A stretch of DNA of 64,000 bases from an uncultured delta proteobacterium (lineage in GTDB: Bacteria > Desulfobacterota > Binatia > Binatales > Binataceae), in the NCBI GenBank assembly GCA_963842085.1, contig CAWJET010000001.1, positions 2,976,001 to 3,040,000 on the forward strand, given 5' to 3'. Both the position numbers and the translations under genes were made by a program. A model generated the notes under the pieces. It was not told where the DNA came from, did not search any database, and saw nothing but the letters and a program-made list of their open reading frames with translations. Shown piece after piece: positions 58,128-64,000 of this stretch (positions within the stretch are counted from its first letter, which is position 1; every line of letters starts with the position of its first letter).

Positions 58128-59462
58128 TTACGCGTTGCTCCCAATACTCGATTCAATCGGCAACGCAAACTCCATTGTTGCGCCACGGTCGGGATTCTGC
58201 CTCGCCCAGACTCGGCCGCGATGGTTCTCGATGATTGCGCGAACGATGGCGAGCCCCATTCCCATTCCGGTCGACTTGGTCGTGAAGAAGGGGTCGAACA
58301 GACGAGGCATAACTTTGGGATCGATGCCCCTGCCCGAATCGCGGACCGAGATATGCACATGGCCCGGTTCGGTTAAACCAGCACAAATGACGACCTCGCG
58401 CGCCCCCCCGGCCTCGCACACAGAATCGAATGCGTTGAGGACCAAATTCAAGACGGCTTGCGTCAATTGGGTCTTGTCGCCCAGCACCGTTGGCAGCGAA
58501 TCGGGCACTTCAATCGACAAAGAGATGTCTTTCATTCTCGCGTCGGCGCTCAGGATGCGATTGACGTCCAGCAGGAGCTCTCTGACATCGACGGGAGATG
58601 TTTTCGCTTCACCTCGTCGAAAAGTCGCGCGAACATTTCGGACGATTTCGACCGCTCTGGCATCGTCGCGGACGATATCGTCCAGCGCGCTATCGACTTC
58701 GGCCAGATCTGGAGTTTTGGAAGCGAGGAGTCGCCGCGCGGCCCTCGCATTGTTCAGGATTGCTCCGAGCGGTTGGTTCAACTCGTGCGCCAGGGAGGCG
58801 GTCAGCTCTCCCATGGTCACAACTTGTGAAACCTGACGCAATTCCTCCTCCAGGCGGCGATGCTTCGCGAAGGCGCGCTTTCGCTCCAGCGCGTTTCCAA
58901 CGATCTCGGCGACCAGTTTCAGACGCTGGACATCTTTCTGAATCCACGCTCTTTCCACCCAACTGGTGAACGACACGGAGCCAATGACCGCTCCGTTAAT
59001 CTTCAAGGGGATGCTCACGTGAGCCTTGATACCATGAAGACGCGCTGTCGCCAGGTCTTTGGGAGCTTCAGGTGGAAGCTCCTCGACCCGCGAGAATAAT
59101 ACAATTTCGCCCGAAAGGACCTTGTTGGCGAGCCAAGGAAACGACTGAGTGCTGTTAACCCTCGTCCCCAAGAACGGTGTCGTACCTCCGTTTCGCGCCG
59201 CCTGATGCGTGATGTACAAAGCACCGTCGGCCGGGTCCAGCTGGGTCACTATGCCCCGATCTACCTGCATCGCAAGCACAATCAGGCGGAGCCATCGCTC
59301 TATTTCGTCATCGATCTCTTCAACCGGTATGCGAATGAAAGTAGCGGACAAATCACCCAGAAGGTTCTCGAAATCCGCGGCTTCCGAGGTTCCAAGGATG
59401 TAGGCGGGCGAAGCAGCGGTTGAAACCGCGCGGCCGTTTTCCTCTTCGGGGCGACTAGCCAT
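58128..59462 (-). CDS. Soluble GAF-domain sensor histidine kinase
   Basis: GAF-like N-terminus; [30 protein letters not shown]. Confidence 0.93.
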   Translation of the reverse strand: MASRPEEENGRAVSTAASPAYILGTSEAADFENLLGDLSATFIRIPVEEIDDEIERWLRLIVLAMQVDRGIVTQLDPADGALYITHQAARNGGTTPFLGTRVNSTQSFPWLANKVLSGEIVLFSRVEELPPEAPKDLATARLHGIKAHVSIPLKINGAVIGSVSFTSWVERAWIQKDVQRLKLVAEIVGNALERKRAFAKHRRLEEELRQVSQVVTMGELTASLAHELNQPLGAILNNARAARRLLASKTPDLAEVDSALDDIVRDDARAVEIVRNVRATFRRGEAKTSPVDVRELLLDVNRILSADARMKDISLSIEVPDSLPTVLGDKTQLTQAVLNLVLNAFDSVCEAGGAREVVICAGLTEPGHVHISVRDSGRGIDPKVMPRLFDPFFTTKSTGMGMGLAIVRAIIENHRGRVWARQNPDRGATMEFALPIESSIGSNA

Positions 59463-59527
59463 GATCGTTCGGCGCGGGTCGGAAAGCTGACGCGGGGCAG
59501 ACCCAGATGACACTTCAGGTTTCGTCC

Positions 59528-60091
59528 TTATACGCCAGATCCACCTCTTGTGGATAGAGCAAGCGCACGAGCGATTGCGTCTAGCAGGGGCTCTTCGTCG
59601 AACGGCTTGAAGAGCACGGCGACCGCATCCGATTGCGCTGCCAGCGAGCGAATCTTGCTGTCGGTTCGGCCGGTGATTAGTATCGCAGGCAGGCCGCGTC
59701 CTGCTCGTTTCAGAACCTCACACATCTCGATTCCGTTCATTTCGGGCATATCAATATCAACCACCATGCACGCGTTCGATCTTGGTGTCTCACATGCTAG
59801 CAATTCAGATGGCCGGTCGAAGGTTTTGACCTCAAAGCCAGAAGCAGAAATCAGGCGCCTCAACGAGCGAAGGACGGACGGATCGTCGTCCACCACAAGC
59901 ACCCTTGCCCGGGTCCCCGTATCAATTGTTTTTGCCTCTCCAGCCATTGACTTGACACGTTTGTACTTTCGCCCAGCTCGGGTGGCGGCCACCTTCCTCG
60001 CCGAACTCTCTGCAGTTCTCATTTCAGATTTATTTGGGACTCCTCTTGAGGCAGGACGCATTGTAGAGCGCGACATGCTACCCGCTTTCAT
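59528..60091 (-). CDS. Single-domain response regulator; start uncertain
   Basis: [19 protein letters not shown]. Confidence 0.9.
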   Translation of the reverse strand: MKAGSMSRSTMRPASRGVPNKSEMRTAESSARKVAATRAGRKYKRVKSMAGEAKTIDTGTRARVLVVDDDPSVLRSLRRLISASGFEVKTFDRPSELLACETPRSNACMVVDIDMPEMNGIEMCEVLKRAGRGLPAILITGRTDSKIRSLAAQSDAVAVLFKPFDEEPLLDAIARALALSTRGGSGV

Positions 60092-60118
60092 TGTGTTACG
60101 AACTGTGAAATAGCGCAA

Positions 60119-60134
60119 TTGGACCAAAGTCCAA
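60119..60134 (+). promoter_or_regulatory. 16-bp palindromic box
   Basis: TTGGACCAAAGTCCAA just upstream of the two-component operon. Confidence 0.85.
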
Positions 60135-60229
60135 TACGATTGTCGCGATTCGCCACGAAAGTTTCGGGTCGGGGGCTGGTACCTTACGACCCAGGCACTC
60201 GAGGTCTCACGCTAAATGCACCTCCCAGG

Positions 60230-60985
60230 CTACTGCGACGGTACTTCGCCTGACGTTAAGTGAACTTCACGCTCATCCAAGATGGCGTGGACGGCGGCCG
60301 TTTGGGGGAGGTTGACAGCCGCCGTCTCGCCATTAGCAGCCTCGGTGGGGCTGCCCAAGATCGCCAGATTCTCGCGCGCTGGCTCGTAGTCCGGAACGTC
60401 GCGCACGAGATCACGCCAGACCTCCGACGCGCTGGCAGTCTTTCCCTCCTGCGCGTAGATGAAGCCCAGTAGGTTGCGCGCGTCGGGTTGCTGAGCATTC
60501 AGGCGCAGCGTTGCCAGCGTCTGGTGCTCCGCATCGGCAAGCATTCCGCGCTCGACGTCTACGAGGGCAAGATTGTAATGCGATTCGCAATGATCCCCGC
60601 CGAGGAAAACTGCGCGTCGAAGGCTCTCCGTCGCTGCGTCCAGGTCAGCGCTTTCGAGTTGTGCCAGTCCTAGGTTTAGAAATAAGTCCCAACTTCTATG
60701 CCCAAGCGCTTCTGCTCGCTGATACTCTCTGACTTCCGCTGTCCTGTCGCCGACCATTCCCTCGGCAAACCCCAGATGATAATGCGCGAGCGCGTTGGTC
60801 GGATGCTCGCGTATGACTTCTATGTGAAGACGAATCGCCTTCGAGTAATCTTCGACGCCGAGGAAATAATCGGCGCTGACATCACAGACTTGCTGTTCGG
60901 CCCCGCCCTCGATTGCATCGTTCGCAATCCAAACTGAGAGCAGCAAAACAGGCGCTGCGATCATTACTAACGAGATACTTCTCAC
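60230..60985 (-). CDS. Tetratricopeptide-repeat protein with N-terminal anchor
   Basis: GTG after AGGAG; AHYHLG, FLNLG, HYNLA, RNLLG TPR units. Confidence 0.85.
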   Translation of the reverse strand: MRSISLVMIAAPVLLLSVWIANDAIEGGAEQQVCDVSADYFLGVEDYSKAIRLHIEVIREHPTNALAHYHLGFAEGMVGDRTAEVREYQRAEALGHRSWDLFLNLGLAQLESADLDAATESLRRAVFLGGDHCESHYNLALVDVERGMLADAEHQTLATLRLNAQQPDARNLLGFIYAQEGKTASASEVWRDLVRDVPDYEPARENLAILGSPTEAANGETAAVNLPQTAAVHAILDEREVHLTSGEVPSQ

Positions 60986-61044
60986 GGTTACGCTCCTCGG
61001 ATTATCAGCCACCCGACAGTGCGCCAAATCGAAGTGTAGTTCTA

Positions 61045-61090
61045 TTGGACTATGGTCTAATTCACCTTGGTCCAATGGACCAAGGTCCAA
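61045..61090. promoter_or_regulatory. Triple array of the 16-bp box in a divergent promoter
   Basis: TTGGACTATGGTCTAA, ATTCACCTTGGTCCAA (degenerate), ATGGACCAAGGTCCAA at a 15-bp period. Confidence 0.8.
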
Positions 61091-61185
61091 TTGCGGCAGT
61101 TTCGCTCGTGGCGCAAAGTCGGTGAATGAAACTTCCGTGCAATCGAAACGGGCGATTGTTAACAGCGAGAACGGAGCACATTCTG

Positions 61186-61614
61186 ATGACTAGGACCTTT
61201 GGATTTCTGGCGCTCGCGATAGCGCTTGCAGGGTGTTCGGAGGTCACGGTCCGGCCGCAGCAGGGCTGCGATCTGATGACCGCGGAGATTTGTTCACATG
61301 CTGCCGACGCGCAATTAAATAGCGGGGCGCTAGCTGTTAGCTATGCATTCGAGCCGGAGGATGCCCGAGTCGTACCCTTTGTCGTACCCGTGCTTAGACC
61401 GGACGGTGCGCTCGCTGCGGAAGTAGACTGCTACGCCAATACTGATTCTCACTCCTACTCGATAATTCGATCAGACCTCGCGATTCCGCCCGAATCTGAG
61501 CAGTCAGTTGACTTCCTGCGCGAGCGACACTTGTGCGCGGATGAGGGGTCTTACGTACAAGCGGGGCATCAGCGAGTCCAGACTGCATCAGCACTGCCAC
61601 TACTCTCGCGATGA
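61186..61614 (+). CDS. Hypothetical lipoprotein
   Basis: LAGC lipobox. Confidence 0.7.
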   Translation: MTRTFGFLALAIALAGCSEVTVRPQQGCDLMTAEICSHAADAQLNSGALAVSYAFEPEDARVVPFVVPVLRPDGALAAEVDCYANTDSHSYSIIRSDLAIPPESEQSVDFLRERHLCADEGSYVQAGHQRVQTASALPLLSR

Positions 61615-61698
61615 ATGGTTGCAGAGAGGACAGCTTCAGTGGTTACAACACCCATATAGGCGAGATAAACCGCTTAATCGGGTAAACAGCCGGGAGGG

Positions 61699-62565
61699 AT
61701 GGTAATGAGGTCAAGACTTTGTTCCGCGAGAACGCGACTGACAGGCGCAGGGTTGACCGTCGCGCTCATGTTGATAGTGGGCGCGCCCGCCCCCTCGATG
61801 GCGCAGGAGGGCTTCAGCAAGGATTTGGGGATCGTCCGAGCATGCGGCGGCGACATCTGGAGTCTCTGCTCGGACGTGCTGCCCGATGTCGGACGCATCA
61901 AGAGTTGTGTACAGAACAAGATGGGCCAGCTCTCCAAAGGTTGCCTCGATAAGCTTCTCGACGCGATGGCCGGCGCGCAATTCAAGATCTGCAAGGATCA
62001 GACTTACGCGCTTTGCGCCGCGGCGCGCTGCAATGTGTTCGACGGCGTTGCCTACTGCCAGTGCGACGTGAAGCACGGTGATAGCATCAGCCTGCCGTTT
62101 CCGATGGGCAAGGATGAGGACGTCTGTTCGGTCAACGCCGCGGGCGCAGCAAACAAATACATGGTCAGCACCTACAGCCTACCTGAGTCGATCGCCTCTC
62201 CGCAGGGAGGTGGCGCGGTCTACACCTGCCAGGGCGAGGAGGGCGGCGCTTACGCTCAGTGCGACGGCGGACTTTGCTTCAGAAGCACCGAGGTGACGAC
62301 GTTCCCGGGCTTCGACCAACCGGTGCCGAAAGGACAGATCATCTGCTCCTGCCCAATCACCCAGTCCACTGGCGACAACGCCCAAAGCTACCAGATCCTA
62401 GGGCCTTACCCATGCGATAAGTCCTTCTTCAAATATTGCAAAGGCGCCACCGCGACTAGCAAAACGGGTTCGACGATCTACGTCGGCGCCCCTGTAGGCA
62501 CGGCTGCTGCGCTGGCTGTCCAGCTCAACGGAAAGGTCCCGCCCCTCAACCAGTGCTCGCCGTGA
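61699..62565 (+). CDS. Secreted cysteine-rich protein
   Basis: Signal peptide; C..D...C......GRI..C......LS..C repeat-like module plus a Cys-rich C-terminal domain. Confidence 0.8.
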   Translation: MVMRSRLCSARTRLTGAGLTVALMLIVGAPAPSMAQEGFSKDLGIVRACGGDIWSLCSDVLPDVGRIKSCVQNKMGQLSKGCLDKLLDAMAGAQFKICKDQTYALCAAARCNVFDGVAYCQCDVKHGDSISLPFPMGKDEDVCSVNAAGAANKYMVSTYSLPESIASPQGGGAVYTCQGEEGGAYAQCDGGLCFRSTEVTTFPGFDQPVPKGQIICSCPITQSTGDNAQSYQILGPYPCDKSFFKYCKGATATSKTGSTIYVGAPVGTAAALAVQLNGKVPPLNQCSP

Positions 62566-63005
62566 AGCGGTACAAAACGATATCGATAGCGGTCGCTGCC
62601 GCTATCGAAGCGGGCACTGCGCTCGTTCTGATAAGCTTCCCGTCGCTTTTCGTTCGGCTCCTGCTAGGTGTCGAACTCTCCGAACCGGGGCAGGTTGTCG
62701 GTCGGCTCGCCGGATTCGCCCTCCTCGCTTTGGTGTTGGCATGTTGGCCTGGCGCGGGGACGGAAAGCAAAGCCGCCTCGTCACTTCGAGCGCTGCTGGT
62801 CTTCAGCGTGCTCGTTGCGTTCTACCTAGTTTATCTGGGGCTCCGCGGTGGCCTAGAGGGGCCGCTGCTCTGGCCCGCGGCGATCCTTCATTCAGTCGTG
62901 GCGATATTCCTTGCTCGAGCGTGGGTCAACAATTCACTAGACAGAGGAGAAATATCAGACGAAGCAGGCTCGCCTTCTAAGGAACTGTTTGACCGACATA
63001 CATGA
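62562..63005 (+). CDS. Small four-TM membrane protein
   Basis: EAGTAL...PSL..RLL.G.EL...ACWP...LLWP...LH; paralog of 47835-48204. Confidence 0.8.
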   Translation: MKRYKTISIAVAAAIEAGTALVLISFPSLFVRLLLGVELSEPGQVVGRLAGFALLALVLACWPGAGTESKAASSLRALLVFSVLVAFYLVYLGLRGGLEGPLLWPAAILHSVVAIFLARAWVNNSLDRGEISDEAGSPSKELFDRHT

Positions 63006-63022
63006 AGCGGAACAGTAGCTGA

Positions 63023-63038
63023 TTGGACCAAAGTCCAA
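63023..63038 (+). promoter_or_regulatory. 16-bp palindromic box
   Basis: TTGGACCAAAGTCCAA upstream of a lipoprotein gene. Confidence 0.85.
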
Positions 63039-63138
63039 CTTACAGTCTGTGCAGAAAAGTGATATTCGAATCTCTGTTGGCTGGCAAAAGAGGATCATCG
63101 CAAACGTGGAAACGCGAAACTGTAATGGAGGCACTTCA

Positions 63139-63438
63139 ATGGTAAAGCAAGATTTGAGCGGAAAGGCAGATCAGGCGCGAAAGCTGCGACGTTCGACGAT
63201 AGCAATGCTGCTACTCGGTGGCTGCTCATCATCCGAACCATCGTCGGCGCAACAAGCATCATTGGCAAAGACCGAGCTACATTTCGATATCAACGCTTGC
63301 CAGCAGATCGAGCCGGGCTGGTACAAGTGCCCGGCCGCTGACAAGCCGATCTGCAACGCCGACTACAACGGACAAGCCGAATGTGTCCGAATCGGACCGA
63401 AAGGCAGTGTGTTCGTCCAGAGTGGTTTTGCCAACTGA
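63139..63438 (+). CDS. Small lipoprotein with four conserved Cys in the mature domain
   Basis: GGAGG RBS, LGGC lipobox; paralog of 50910-51206. Confidence 0.75.
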   Translation: MVKQDLSGKADQARKLRRSTIAMLLLGGCSSSEPSSAQQASLAKTELHFDINACQQIEPGWYKCPAADKPICNADYNGQAECVRIGPKGSVFVQSGFAN

Positions 63439-63487
63439 TCGGCGTTGCCGCTATAGCTTCGCACTGACATGGAAGTAGGAACCCCGA

Positions 63488-64000
63488 ATGAGAGTGATCA
63501 TAACTGTAACTATCGGCCTCGTGCTGCTCGCGTCCGGGTCTGTCCGCGCGCAAGGCGTCGTGCTGCCGCTGCCGGCTCAGGATCAGCAGAAGATAACCGC
63601 CCAGCTCGGACCGGGTGTCGTGGGCATCGCATTACCCAGCCAGCCAATCAGCGATCCCAGAGTCTTCTTTCCACTCCAAAACAAGTCCTTGACCTACCAG
63701 GTCATGGCTGGCCCGAACGCTGGCAAATCGCAGTCTCTGGAACTCGTGAAGACGCGGCGTCCGAGCGGGGCCTCGGCGTGGCGCTTTCAACTTTCGCCGT
63801 CGCTCGCGGGGTTCCTTCGTCAGACGGCGGAGGGCGATATCATAATGCCTGCCCTGAGCGACGCGGGCGAAGGTGTAGTTGTGGTGACTACGCCTGCCAA
63901 TCCCTTCGTGCCCAAGGGTATGCAGCCGGGCGAGACACGGACCTATTCGCAGCAAGTGTCGGTAAACTATCTCGACGATCCGTCGGACCAGAAATATTCC
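63488..64000 (+). CDS. Secreted hypothetical protein, truncated by the window end
   Basis: MRVIITVTIGLVLLASGSVRA-QGVV signal peptide; frame open to the end. Confidence 0.7.
   Translation, partial: MRVIITVTIGLVLLASGSVRAQGVVLPLPAQDQQKITAQLGPGVVGIALPSQPISDPRVFFPLQNKSLTYQVMAGPNAGKSQSLELVKTRRPSGASAWRFQLSPSLAGFLRQTAEGDIIMPALSDAGEGVVVVTTPANPFVPKGMQPGETRTYSQQVSVNYLDDPSDQKYS

Larger units (their letters stand above)
37677..64000. mobile_element. Integrative mobilizable element/genomic island at tRNA-Asn; right boundary not in window
   Basis: int-xis-relaxase-T4CP-pilin-ImmA/ImmR backbone directly 3' of the tRNA, followed by accessory genes; no second tRNA fragment seen, so cargo membership is inferred. 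Confidence 0.8.

Noticed and set aside
53164-63038. 16-bp repeats as a CRISPR array, attC sites or IS ends
   Set aside because: Irregular kb-scale spacing, always in promoter positions; no cas gene, integron integrase or transposase

Overview
High-GC bacterial chromosome segment; gene content (VWA, LLM oxidoreductases, SBBP/Ig-anchor secreted proteins) suggests a Binatota/Acidobacteria-like soil organism, which is inference. Bases 1-37.7 kb are mostly housekeeping/metabolic genes (asd, trmJ, mce, RND pump, moeB, bcp, thiC, an orphan nuoI, a Re-citrate-synthase-like gene, two LLM monooxygenases, hydrolases) interspersed with hairpin repeats. A ~4 kb secreted-protein cassette sits between two 109-bp copies of the trmJ 5' end. 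At tRNA-Asn(GTT) (37636-37711) an integrative mobilizable element begins and probably runs past the window end: tyrosine integrase (its ORF ends inside the tRNA), excisionase, MOBF relaxase, coupling protein, RHH protein, oriT candidate, DUF2274, a lone TrbC pilin and an ImmA/ImmR-type switch with recognisable operators. Its probable cargo is an envelope module (arylsulfatase, beta-barrels, lipoproteins, two-component system) tied together by an oriented 16-bp palindrome, TTGGAC-N4-GTCCAA, found 8 times (some degenerate). Six genes or gene segments carry single-base indels, which may be assembly errors.
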